Source: a virus (lineage: Duplodnaviria > Heunggongvirae > Uroviricota > Caudoviricetes). Taken from it: a stretch of 64,000 bases of DNA. The stretch is from IMG/VR virus record IMGVR_UViG_3300030339_000005, one strand, 5' to 3'. The position numbers and the translations under genes are program-made. Of this stretch, positions 48,715 through 58,304 are shown one piece after another. The notes beneath the pieces are model-generated. The model was not told the DNA's origin. It searched no databases and saw only the letters and a program-made list of their open reading frames with translations. How positions within the stretch are numbered: position 1 is the first letter of the stretch; each line of letters starts with the position of its first letter.

Positions 48715-48784
48715 GATCTACATACCTCTAACGAGGATGATGAATGCACACTATTGCCCGCGTAATCGTATCCGTGGGCACCTT

Positions 48785-48881
48785 TTGACAGTAGCTCAGC
48801 TTGGTTAGAGTGCAACATGGACAAAATCCTTGAGGAGTTTGGTCTATGTTGAGGTCACAGGTTCAAATCCTGTCTGTCAAT
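48785..48881 (+). ncRNA. tRNA-like element with canonical acceptor stem, D-arm and T-arm, but the anticodon arm replaced by a ~17-bp hairpin with a 4-nt loop
   Basis: TTGACAG-TA-GCTCAGCTTGGTTAGAGT...CAACATGGACAAAATCC-TTGA-GGAGTTTGGTCTATGTTG-AGGTC-ACAGGTTCAAATCCTGT-CTGTCAA. Confidence 0.5.
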
Positions 48882-49522
48882 CAATATTATAACAATTACT
48901 ACCAGTTCCATGGCGGACCGAAGGATGCTATCTGGTAGGGTAACTCTTGCACGTACGGGGCAAGGGAGTCAGATTATTGTTATTGTTTTCTTTAGCGTGC
49001 TGCTAGCTTCACTAGGCTCAGTAGACAATAGAGAGAGCATAAATCCCCGACGCAGCTTTTAGGGACTTATTGCGCTAGCTGCTATGACAACCACTCCAGG
49101 TTGAAGTGCGTGAAACTCGTAACTTACAAATCTATGGCATTCTAAACCATGAGGATTTGTAATCCGTAACAAGCCCTGCCCACATGATGGGATTTGCGCA
49201 AGAGTCGGACCTATAAAGCAAAGTAGATACAACTTGAAGAGAGCCTATGAATTCCTTCTCTTGAGGGTGAAAAGGTGGAAATATTATCATAACCTAGGAA
49301 GTGTGGTACTAAAGTAAATGTAATCTAATGTGTCAATTCATACCTGCATTAGTGCATTTGTTTTTGCTTTTAACTATTAGAAAGGACGTGATCATCGTCG
49401 TATCCCTAAGCAAGGAGAAAAACTGCAGTTACAGGTTGGGCGTCTTTAGATTATATCTAAGGAAGTCCTCATAGAAGTCAGCGATGCGCAAGCTAGCTGT
49501 GCCCAGTAACAAAAAAATTCTG
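48882..49522. other. 640-nt noncoding stretch between two tRNA-like elements; candidate large structured RNA
   Basis: No ORFs of 60 aa or more; several local hairpins, e.g. CTTGC-N9-GCAAG. Confidence 0.3.
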
Positions 49523-49593
49523 GTTGGGGTGTCGTCTAGTGGTTAGGACGGGCATCGCGAGCTAAACATGGGTTCGAATCCCAGCTCCTCCTC
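49523..49593 (+). ncRNA. second tRNA-like element or fragment: D-arm (TCGTC-TAGTGGTTAG-GACGG) and T-arm (TGGG-TTCGAAT-CCCA) present, no anticodon arm or clean acceptor pairing
   Basis: GGTTGGGGTGTCGTCTAGTGGTTAGGACGGGCATCGCGAGCTAAACATGGGTTCGAATCCCAGCTCC. Confidence 0.35.
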
Positions 49594-49691
49594 AAAGTCA
49601 GAGACCTCGAAAGAGCTCTGTGCCAGAACTCATTAAAATCGTTTATTTGTGTGGTCACATGGTGCAACACGAATGGACTTAGTGAAGTATA

Positions 49692-50012
49692 TTGAACAAA
49701 ATCTATAAAATCATGAAAAATACTAAAGAATTATTGCAGCTGGTTCTTAAAGAACTTGAGGAGGGTGAACTTTTTACCTCTGGATTGTGCATGTTAGTTG
49801 TTAATATGAAAGGTGCTAATGTATTTACTTTTAAAGAAGAAATGCAGATGTATCATTATATTCACAAGTATGGCGCACCAAAAAGGTTTACAAAACGTGC
49901 ATCTGATCAACGTGGTTCTGCTTATTACTGGCCCATGGGTCAGAAAGCTCCCAGAATTGCTTGGCTTAAGAGAAGAATTAAATGGTATAAATTCCTAAAT
50001 CATATAGTATGA
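49692..50012 (+). CDS. hypothetical small protein, 106 aa; paralog of next gene
   Basis: ORF track; ATGA overlap with next gene; shared Y-W...APR..WLK..I motif. Confidence 0.5.
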   Translation: MNKIYKIMKNTKELLQLVLKELEEGELFTSGLCMLVVNMKGANVFTFKEEMQMYHYIHKYGAPKRFTKRASDQRGSAYYWPMGQKAPRIAWLKRRIKWYKFLNHIV

Positions 50013-50320
50013 ATACTCCAAAAGTATTATTTCAATTGTTGTTAGACAACGTTGATATGATTGCAAATGAATGTCCTGGATTATGCTCATTAATTCATGC
50101 TTTATGTCGCAAAGGATATATTGATCCAGAAGAATCAAACTTTCTATTTGATGTAATATATGATCATGCTCCAAGATGGTACATGCTTCGATATTATGTT
50201 GAAGATGGTATGTTTCAAAGACGTGATTGGGATAATGCTAAGAACTATGCTTTCTATTGGAAGAAACATTCAGTGGCTCCAAGAAAAAGGTGGTTAAAGA
50301 AACAAATTGCTAAGCTATGA
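50009..50320 (+). CDS. hypothetical small protein, 103 aa; paralog of previous gene
   Basis: ORF track; ATGA overlaps at both ends. Confidence 0.5.
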   Translation: MNTPKVLFQLLLDNVDMIANECPGLCSLIHALCRKGYIDPEESNFLFDVIYDHAPRWYMLRYYVEDGMFQRRDWDNAKNYAFYWKKHSVAPRKRWLKKQIAKL

Positions 50321-50538
50321 AAAGTTTAATCTTTGAAGCTCGGCTAATAGCCCTTGGTCAATACAAAAATCTTGATGAGTGTTTGTCTGATTTACATCAG
50401 CAAAATGCTGTTGAACTTAGTGGTAATAAACCATTCCTTCCCAAGGCAGTATTTACTTGTGCATATAAAGATCCAAAAGGAGAAATATGTGTATATGTTG
50501 ATTGCTATTATGGATTGTTTTACACTGTAAACAATTAA
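50317..50538 (+). CDS. hypothetical protein, 73 aa
   Basis: ORF track. Confidence 0.4.
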   Translation: MKSLIFEARLIALGQYKNLDECLSDLHQQNAVELSGNKPFLPKAVFTCAYKDPKGEICVYVDCYYGLFYTVNN

Positions 50539-50816
50539 GTATGTTTAAAATTATCAAATTCTTAGACAAGATCTCTATTTGGACTGATGATGCAAATCAA
50601 ATTTTCAACATAGAATACCGTTATACAAAATTTGTGCCTTTATTACCTAAAGAGCATCTTATTGAGTTAAATTGCTTTGAAAGCGAGTTGTGGATAGCGG
50701 CACAACACAATCGTTACCAGTTTGAATCAAAGCTCAAAGAAAGCTTTGTTCCTGAACTTACTATTGCTTACTTAAAACAAGTGCATAGTAGACTTCAAAC
50801 AGTAACATCTGAATGA
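50502..50816 (+). CDS. hypothetical protein, 104 aa
   Basis: ORF track. Confidence 0.4.
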   Translation: MLLWIVLHCKQLSMFKIIKFLDKISIWTDDANQIFNIEYRYTKFVPLLPKEHLIELNCFESELWIAAQHNRYQFESKLKESFVPELTIAYLKQVHSRLQTVTSE

Positions 50817-51020
50817 TCTCTGTGTTTTCAATTATAAGGTGCAATCGTGAGATTGCTTTTCAATTGTCATAGGCATTGTCTATGATATACAAAAGGTTAG
50901 GTCGTGATGGCGTTGTGAAACGAAATCACCTCATCAAGGTTAGTAATCCTTGACAACGAAAGTGGGGCTGGTATTAGATTCTGGAAACAGTACTAAACAT
51001 GAAAATGTAATCTAAACTTA

Positions 51021-51557
51021 GTGCGGAGAATATGTTATTTAATTGGAAAACACATGACAGTAAGAGATGAAATTATGAAAATCTGTCTCAATGAAAGATT
51101 GGAAGGGCTTGACTTTGTAAAAGCTGTTGAGAAACAGTTAAAAGAAGTGTGCCCTTATAACCATTCTTTAGAAGGGACTTCTGAAAGCTGTGGAATTACA
51201 GGTGAATCTATGAGATTTGCTTTGGATGCTAATGGCAAAGTTTCAGAAGTAATTGAGCGTATCGAAGACCAGGCAACAAAAAGAGAATTAGCATTAGCTA
51301 ACTTCCATCTCTTAATTGAGGCTGGCAAAATTCCTGACCCAAGGAAAAGTAAATCTAGTCTGAATCAATTCGTAGCTAGTATTATGGGACAAAGAAAATC
51401 CTCAGTCCATTCTATCTCTAGCAGAGATATGCCTCCTGAGTTATTAGACATGTTATCAAAGCTTGCAGGTCATGAAGATGAGAATGAAGATCCTGATTGT
51501 GATGACGGCGAATGTTGGAAATGTTCTAAACGTGATGGCTGTAAGAAAAAGAAATAA
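51021..51557 (+). CDS. hypothetical protein with acidic, Cys-rich C-terminus (CDDGECWKCSKRDGCKKKK); start may be at 51053
   Basis: ORF track. Confidence 0.45.
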   Translation: MRRICYLIGKHMTVRDEIMKICLNERLEGLDFVKAVEKQLKEVCPYNHSLEGTSESCGITGESMRFALDANGKVSEVIERIEDQATKRELALANFHLLIEAGKIPDPRKSKSSLNQFVASIMGQRKSSVHSISSRDMPPELLDMLSKLAGHEDENEDPDCDDGECWKCSKRDGCKKKK

Positions 51558-51902
51558 AAGTTTTTGGTAACAACCACTGAGAGGTAACCAACCCAAAGTT
51601 AAAAAGCGAGTGCCCCTAGACTCGAGACTATCGGCAGCAACTGACAGCATAATATCCCTTGGTAAAGGATGGCTGGCACCAAGAACTTTTACCTAGTTGG
51701 ACACTTAGTTCAACTAGTCGCCTATTAGATAGGGAATCTGCAACAGGCGTAATACATACAAGCGAGTATGTTAATCGTGCGGAAATAGCAGACAAAGAAC
51801 GTGTGAGAAGCATGGATAAAGTTTTTATTAGATTTATGATTGCCCACCTTGAAAACCTGCGAAGGCAAGTAGAGGTTTCTTTGAAACCTAATACACAAAT
51901 AT

Positions 51903-52139
51903 ATGTCGCCATCCATTCTAATTATTGCAAAGGATTATGAACTGTTAGTTGATTCTCTTATGTGTCATATTGGTTTAGACCAATCTCTGATTGTAAAGAT
52001 TCGACCTGCAATTCATCCAACTGTAACCAATCATTATCAGGAACTTATTCGAAAGAATTATGTTAAACGCCTCTCTATTGTGGGCGGAGAATTTCTGTCG
52101 ATTGCATTAGACTCTGGATATGAGGTGCAATTGAAATAA
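51903..52139 (+). CDS. hypothetical protein, 78 aa
   Basis: ORF track. Confidence 0.35.
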   Translation: MSPSILIIAKDYELLVDSLMCHIGLDQSLIVKIRPAIHPTVTNHYQELIRKNYVKRLSIVGGEFLSIALDSGYEVQLK

Positions 52140-52202
52140 TGTTTTAGGTTCCGAACTGGAGATAATATCAAAGGGGAGGAACCTAATCTAACTTAACATC
52201 CT

Positions 52203-52499
52203 ATGACAAAAAAGGACCTGATTGAAAAACGAACAAACTATGAAAGCCTCATTATCAAAATGATTAATGAGATTGAAAGTGGTGCCCAAGACACTATTAT
52301 TGGTATCTGTATGCGAATCACAAATAACCCACGTGATTTACTAAACTTATTTAACTATTTATTTCATTGGTACATGATGTTGAAACATAACTCTGTTATA
52401 ATTTCAAGTGATGCTACCGAGTTGGGTTACAAAAATGAATTTAATTTAAGCACTGAACAAGTGCCGTTTCTTCAGCAAATTTTGATCACTGATAAATAA
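52203..52499 (+). CDS. hypothetical protein, 98 aa
   Basis: ORF track. Confidence 0.4.
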   Translation: MTKKDLIEKRTNYESLIIKMINEIESGAQDTIIGICMRITNNPRDLLNLFNYLFHWYMMLKHNSVIISSDATELGYKNEFNLSTEQVPFLQQILITDK

Positions 52500-52526
52500 C
52501 TTTTTGTCAATTAAACCTAAAACAAA

Positions 52527-53033
52527 ATGACTAAGAGCCCTTCTTCAACAGCTTTTCAAATTTCATCAGCTGTTAAACTCCTTTCTAATTTGGATAAAAA
52601 AGACTTTGATGCTAAATCTCTAACTAAGATGCTTCAAAGTGCTGGTTGTCCATACATTCAAGCTGTGCAACCTGCTTTAATTGTATCAGGGTATATTGCC
52701 AAGTTTCGCCCGAAGCATGGTGTGCCTTATTATAATTTTACAGGTAAAACTGCCTACATCAATGACTTTATTGATATGGCAGCAAAAGCTCGTGGTTCTG
52801 CGACTACAGCTACGAAAAAGTCAAAGAAAAAACTTGCACTTGTTGAAATTCCAACTGAAGATCTGGTAACAGAAATTATGTTGAGAGTTGAGAAAGTGGA
52901 GGATCTTCTCATGGATGGCCCACTCAAGCAATTGTTTGGTGAATTTTGTAAAAGAACTAATTGTGAAGTATTCCAAAAGACTCCTCCACAATATGGTTTA
53001 TTACCACCATCCTATCAACAAGTAAGATTTTAA
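52527..53033 (+). CDS. hypothetical protein, 168 aa
   Basis: ORF track. Confidence 0.45.
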   Translation: MTKSPSSTAFQISSAVKLLSNLDKKDFDAKSLTKMLQSAGCPYIQAVQPALIVSGYIAKFRPKHGVPYYNFTGKTAYINDFIDMAAKARGSATTATKKSKKKLALVEIPTEDLVTEIMLRVEKVEDLLMDGPLKQLFGEFCKRTNCEVFQKTPPQYGLLPPSYQQVRF

Positions 53034-53460
53034 CATAAGAGAGAGGACGACAAGGTCGTGGTTGCGGATGTGGCTTAGGCCCTATGAGGTGGCCTAAGGA
53101 GTAGTTGTCCTCTCTTCTTAAAAATTAACAAGATGAAACAAGAAGATAAGAGCAAGAGCTCTAGCTTTGTGAAAGAAAAGCATGATCCGTTTATTTTTGA
53201 GGGAAGTAAACTTCCTAAAGAATTGCAAAACAAAAATGTACAAGAAAAAAAGCCTAAAGAAATACATGAACATTTCTTTTAGGATTACCTAACCTTATAA
53301 CTGAAAACATGAATCCTTTTGACGAAATTTTGAACAAGATTTTAGATTCTCCACTACCTGTGGAGATTTTTACTGATGTGTTTACTAACTTAGGTCTTGA
53401 ACCCTCTGCAGTCATCAAGCAACTTGAAGAAACTTATGATGACTGGGATAAATAATTACT

Positions 53461-53811
53461 ATGGAAAATCCAATTTGGACTACGTTATGTGTTATTGCAT
53501 TAATTTTTCTGTATAGTTTTTTAACTAATCGACCTGTACTGTATCGGCATGAACTGAAAAGAATGATTGGATTATTCCGTAGACATCCTGAATTGGATGC
53601 TATGTCAGCATGCAGACAAGTGACCCATTTAGACATACAAGCTCGTAAACTCTTTCAATTTTTGGATGAGTTGTTTGTATTGTTTGACTATAATTCCAGT
53701 GCTTTTCATTGGGATGAATTGATTGAATACAAATCCCGAGAGAAATTCTTGAAGGATGCAATGGCTTATATCAAATCTACTAAGTTACCTCCTAAAAAAT
53801 CTATTATTTAA
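53461..53811 (+). CDS. hypothetical protein, 116 aa, N-terminal hydrophobic segment
   Basis: ORF track. Confidence 0.4.
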   Translation: MENPIWTTLCVIALIFLYSFLTNRPVLYRHELKRMIGLFRRHPELDAMSACRQVTHLDIQARKLFQFLDELFVLFDYNSSAFHWDELIEYKSREKFLKDAMAYIKSTKLPPKKSII

Positions 53812-53841
53812 TATGGATTACACTAAACTTAAATTAATAGT

Positions 53842-54324
53842 ATGTGGACGATGATTATTGTCGGCATTATTGCTGTGATTATTTTCTTTATCTGTGTTGC
53901 TATTTGCAGTCCTGTAGAAGAAATTGGATGTGTTCCAGCTATTATTGTTCTAATTATAGGTTTTATAATTGGAATTTGGATTGATGGAACTATCGTTCAA
54001 AAGACAACTAGGTATGAAATACTTTCTTTACAAGATGTAAGTCAAGTAAAAGGTAGATTCTTCTTAGGGTCTGGAACTATTAATGGTCAGATGGTTTATA
54101 CCTTCTACTATAAAAGTGGTCAAGACATTGTGGGTCAACAATTAAATTGGGGTGAGGTAACTCTTAGGGAAACTACAGATAAACCTCATTTTGATATCAT
54201 TACTTACAAGCAAGGAGATACTCCTAAAGATGCTTTCGCTATTGATCATATTCCTTCGGATCAGTACATTATTTACATTCCTAAGGGCACTATCAAACAA
54301 GATTTTGTCCTTGATGCCTTATAG
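53842..54324 (+). CDS. membrane protein, 160 aa (two N-terminal TM helices)
   Basis: MWTMIIVGIIAVIIFFICVAICSPVEEIGCVPAIIVLIIGFIIGIWI. Confidence 0.45.
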   Translation: MWTMIIVGIIAVIIFFICVAICSPVEEIGCVPAIIVLIIGFIIGIWIDGTIVQKTTRYEILSLQDVSQVKGRFFLGSGTINGQMVYTFYYKSGQDIVGQQLNWGEVTLRETTDKPHFDIITYKQGDTPKDAFAIDHIPSDQYIIYIPKGTIKQDFVLDAL

Positions 54325-54556
54325 TGAGAACTTAACCAATTCTTACTATCTTAAGTATTCTGCCAATATTTAAGTATTTTACCGGATGGAAGTGGCAGCT
54401 TCACAAGAACAAATAAAACTTAATGAAACAGCAAGTTCACTTCCTATTACAATCGCAATGATGAGTGCACCAAGTTCGGTAATAAGCTTCGGCTGAATAA
54501 TTCCGATAATTTGAAGTTTAGCTGATTATTTTTACAACCTTAGAAAACACAGAAAG

Positions 54557-55864
54557 ATGGGTAAAATTTGGAGATTAAAGAACCAAGAAGAATTTACAAG
54601 TACAGGGCGCTGGGACGTAGCAAAAGGAATGCCAGTTGGTTGGAATTCTGAGAAGAAAATGAACTATTTATTAGGTAAAAGACTTCCTAACTCTCAATAC
54701 AGCGCTTGCCGTAATAGTGAAGTAGTGGTTGTTGATAACTGGAAAATTGGTCCATTGGATTATATTCAAGATGAAGAACCGTTTGCAGTTACAGGAACAC
54801 CTGAAGCTCCGCATTTTGACTTTGATCGTTTGTCTAAAGAGATTAATACTATGTTTCAGAGTAAGCTTGATAAAGCTAAGGCTGATCATACCACTCTGAC
54901 TACGGGCTACAATACGCAGCTTAAAGCAATACTTGAATCTTATAAAGGACAAGTTGCTTCGATTTTTCCAGAAATCAAAAATGCTTTAATAGCAGAGATC
55001 CAACGTGGGCATACAACGATTGTAATGCCGGATCAAAGGGAAGTTAGTATCCAAGAAATGGATCATCCCAAAATGGCTGATGTTGTTCAATCTTTACAAT
55101 TGAATCATAAAGCTATGTTAGTAGGACCAGCTGGAACTGGTAAGACCTACATGGTTGCAGAAATTGCAGACCGTTTGAATTTACCTTTTTATAAATACTC
55201 TTGTTCAAGAGACTCTTCTGTTCATGATTTGCTTGGTTATAAACAACCACAATCAGAAACTTATTTGGAAACTGTCTTTTTGAAAGCTTATGAAGGTGGT
55301 GGTATCTTCTTAGTGGATGAATATGATGCTATGTCTGGTGATATGGCCCTGTTCTTTAATGGTGTAGCAGATAACTCTAAGTTTATCTCTATTCCTCATA
55401 GGGATGATAAGCCCATTGCTAAAAAGCATAAAGATTTTTATTTGATTATGTGTGGTAACACTTGGGGTAAAGGATCTGTAGAGTATTCTGGTAGAGACTT
55501 TCAAGATATGGCCTTGATGGATAGATTTAGATTCTGCCGTCATTTTATTGGCTATCACACAATCTTTGAAAAGCATGTCATGGCTAATAACTATGAATTT
55601 GCCATGTCATTAAGAGGAAGACTTGAGAAGTTTGGCAGTTACTTATCAACTAGAAATGTTGAGGATATTTCAAACTTAATCAGATGTCGTCAGACACGTG
55701 ATCAGATTGTTGAAATGATTGCTCAAGATTTATTAAAGTCTGATCAACAGAGTTTGATGGGTGAAATGAGAGATTATACGATTAAGTATGAAACTGTAGG
55801 TTCTACAACTAATTTTGATACTCATGGCAGAACAACATCAGGACAAAAAAGAGCCACTCTTTAA
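54557..55864 (+). CDS. MoxR/CobS-like AAA+ ATPase (AAA_5-like), 435 aa, with about 180-aa N-terminal extension
   Basis: Walker A VGPAGTGKTY, Walker B IFLVDEYDA, FYLIMCGNTWG and ALMDRFRF sensor-region motifs. Confidence 0.65.
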   Translation: MGKIWRLKNQEEFTSTGRWDVAKGMPVGWNSEKKMNYLLGKRLPNSQYSACRNSEVVVVDNWKIGPLDYIQDEEPFAVTGTPEAPHFDFDRLSKEINTMFQSKLDKAKADHTTLTTGYNTQLKAILESYKGQVASIFPEIKNALIAEIQRGHTTIVMPDQREVSIQEMDHPKMADVVQSLQLNHKAMLVGPAGTGKTYMVAEIADRLNLPFYKYSCSRDSSVHDLLGYKQPQSETYLETVFLKAYEGGGIFLVDEYDAMSGDMALFFNGVADNSKFISIPHRDDKPIAKKHKDFYLIMCGNTWGKGSVEYSGRDFQDMALMDRFRFCRHFIGYHTIFEKHVMANNYEFAMSLRGRLEKFGSYLSTRNVEDISNLIRCRQTRDQIVEMIAQDLLKSDQQSLMGEMRDYTIKYETVGSTTNFDTHGRTTSGQKRATL

Positions 55865-56660
55865 GTACAAAACATTACCGAGTGGCTCAAGGTTCTTGAG
55901 GTTTTCTAGTCTAGAAGATATTTTCTATTATGATGATCGTGCAGTTAATCCACATGGATTGGGTATGGGATATGATGATTATCGAGAAGGAGCTATGCAG
56001 TATTTTCAAGAAAGATTAATCTTAACGCCAACAAAAATGGCGATAATTGAAAGAGCACAAAAGGAAGTGTCCATGGATCCAGAGTTTCTAGAATTAGTTT
56101 ATAAAGGAAAGTCTCTTAAAAGACAATTCGAATTAAATCGATTCGTAGGAAATCTATCGATCCCGCATTACGCAATGCAAAATGAAAAGATATTCAAGAA
56201 AAGTGAACCTGGTGCTAAGAAGCAAACGCTTAATATGGCATTTCAGGTAGGAACTTTTGTTGGAGGAAACTATACAGAGTCTTTTGTTCGAATACTTAAG
56301 ACTATTATGATGTGTCAGGCTATGAACATTAGTGTTAATATTGATATGTTTGATTCAGATACAAGGGCCATTAATAATGGAGCTTGTTATGTTGTAGCAA
56401 ATGTTGCTCAATCTTGTGAGAAATTAAACATGAAAGCGGTGTTAGCAGCATCGCATTCAGAATTCTTTAGGATCACTCTTTTTAATGGCTATTCAGCCTC
56501 TGGTTGCCAGAAATCTATTGGAACATTTTTAGACCAAGATCGGATTATAAAGGATTTAGCTCCTATGTATGATGTCATTGGAGGTAATATGTTACCTAAT
56601 TCTAGTGCTCAGGGTAATGACATGGTTGCAAAAATATTAAAAATTGGATTAAGGAGATGA
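55815..56660 (+). CDS. hypothetical protein, about 270-281 aa, between the AAA+ and acidic genes
   Basis: ORF track; overlaps AAA+ gene end; ATGA overlap with next gene. Confidence 0.45.
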   Translation: MILMAEQHQDKKEPLFKYKTLPSGSRFLRFSSLEDIFYYDDRAVNPHGLGMGYDDYREGAMQYFQERLILTPTKMAIIERAQKEVSMDPEFLELVYKGKSLKRQFELNRFVGNLSIPHYAMQNEKIFKKSEPGAKKQTLNMAFQVGTFVGGNYTESFVRILKTIMMCQAMNISVNIDMFDSDTRAINNGACYVVANVAQSCEKLNMKAVLAASHSEFFRITLFNGYSASGCQKSIGTFLDQDRIIKDLAPMYDVIGGNMLPNSSAQGNDMVAKILKIGLRR

Positions 56661-57148
56661 GTATGATGGAAGAAGCCTCAGGGTTAAATGAATATGAGTA
56701 TGTTTCTTTTGAAGAAATTGCTACAGTTCACTCTACGATAAATACGGAATGCACTCATGCTGAATTCATGGAAGAACATCCAGAAGCAGCTGAAAATCTT
56801 TTTCCAGTAATAGCTGAGGCGGAGAGCGTTGAAGTTGAAACTATTACTGATGATGAAGAAGACTGCGGCGAAGTGGATCCCACTGAAGCAGTATGGGATG
56901 TAATTATTGATAAAACCTACTTCGAACCTCAAAAGGGTGGAGGCAATGGTCAAGGAAGTTCTGATGATAGTGGCGACGGAGATTCTGATGGCTCAGCAGA
57001 CTCAGATAATGAGGATATTGATTTAGATCCTGATGGACTAGATCCTGCCGAAGGTGGGAAGAATAGTACAGCGGGGGATAGAGAAGTAAAAGCTGTTGAT
57101 TCTGAAAGAATTAATGTTGAAACAAAGAATCGGAATTGGTTCCTGTAA
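56657..57148 (+). CDS. highly acidic Asp/Glu/Ser-rich protein, 163 aa; DNA-mimic-like composition
   Basis: GGGNGQGSSDDSGDGDSDGSADSDNEDIDLDPDGLDPAEGG. Confidence 0.5.
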   Translation: MSMMEEASGLNEYEYVSFEEIATVHSTINTECTHAEFMEEHPEAAENLFPVIAEAESVEVETITDDEEDCGEVDPTEAVWDVIIDKTYFEPQKGGGNGQGSSDDSGDGDSDGSADSDNEDIDLDPDGLDPAEGGKNSTAGDREVKAVDSERINVETKNRNWFL

Positions 57149-57627
57149 CGAACTGCAGAAGTTATAAATTAAACTGCAGAGTTAAGAGTCTTTACTGGAT
57201 TCGTCTAGTAAGTGGGTTAAACACCTGGATGTATGCTAACTCAGAGGTTCATACACGTCTAAATGCCAGAACAATTTCCTTATTGCTGGCTACGTTTGCA
57301 TGGGTCAGGACACCGCATCGGCTGTTGACGGTTGTTGCTAGAGCTCTTTTCGTGATTGTTGGTCTTGCATTGCGCGAGTTGCCCAGCCTTCGACGAATAT
57401 CTCATTCCCGGCAGTGATGTGTGTAGAAAAGCATCCGTTGGCTACGTTAGTAAATGTGGCAACCGAGAAATGGTGTAGATCTCTCGTTAAAACTTATCTC
57501 TTGTCTAGCTCTAACATTGATGAGCTCGTGCACAATGTGAAGTGTCCTTGTTTTCCACGTATTGTACGTCGGAGGTTTCGGGGTGGACAAATGAAACCTA
57601 TTTTTTTTTAAATTATAACCTTATAAT

Positions 57628-57984
57628 ATGGGAAAGACAGAAGTCAGCCATAAAATGGATCCTATGGTCCTTGTTGATGCTGTATTAGATAATCAAGATA
57701 AGTCTGACTTTGAGATTATTCATGCAGTAGAAAGTTCTATTTCGCACCAATTTCCTTATAATCATGAAGCTGATAGTGTAGACGAAGCTTGCAATCGTAT
57801 ACCTGGTGGTGATGAGAGGGATAGTACATACATGGAAAAAGAGTATGATACACTGTCTGAAGAAATTGAAGCTTTAGAGTCAACGTTTACAAAGAGAGAG
57901 ATGGCTATTATGTTAGGCCACTGTAAAAGAAAACTTGTTCGTATTAAACGAGCTGAGGAGAGCCTTGCCGAATTGATTGGATAA
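57628..57984 (+). CDS. hypothetical protein, 118 aa
   Basis: ORF track. Confidence 0.4.
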   Translation: MGKTEVSHKMDPMVLVDAVLDNQDKSDFEIIHAVESSISHQFPYNHEADSVDEACNRIPGGDERDSTYMEKEYDTLSEEIEALESTFTKREMAIMLGHCKRKLVRIKRAEESLAELIG

Positions 57985-58001
57985 CCTTAATAAAAACACA
58001 A

Positions 58002-58286
58002 ATGCCGAATATTGGACCATTGATGATGCTCTTAGCAGCATCTCTTAGTAAAGAAGATATCTTAGACAAATTACGTGAAGACTTAGCAAAGTATGACGCA
58101 TTGCCTACAGGAAAAGCAAAAGAAGAAGCATATGACTCCGTGGAAATGGATTGTGTGATTCTCATGACAAAGCGTGTAGCTCCTGATGCAGTAGCTGCAG
58201 CTAAAGTTGGGAAAGAAATGGATGAATTGGAAGCATTAAGAAGTGTTTCTCAATACAACAGCAATAACAACAACAACAAAAATTAA
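58002..58286 (+). CDS. hypothetical protein, 94 aa, Asn-rich C-terminus
   Basis: ORF track. Confidence 0.4.
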   Translation: MPNIGPLMMLLAASLSKEDILDKLREDLAKYDALPTGKAKEEAYDSVEMDCVILMTKRVAPDAVAAAKVGKEMDELEALRSVSQYNSNNNNNKN

Positions 58287-58304
58287 TCATTAATTTTTAT
58301 AAAG

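Noticed and set aside
57136-57611. ORFs 57136-57417 and 57414-57611
   Set aside because: Arg/Leu/Ser-rich, no start context, lie in a GC-rich spacer; likely noncoding.
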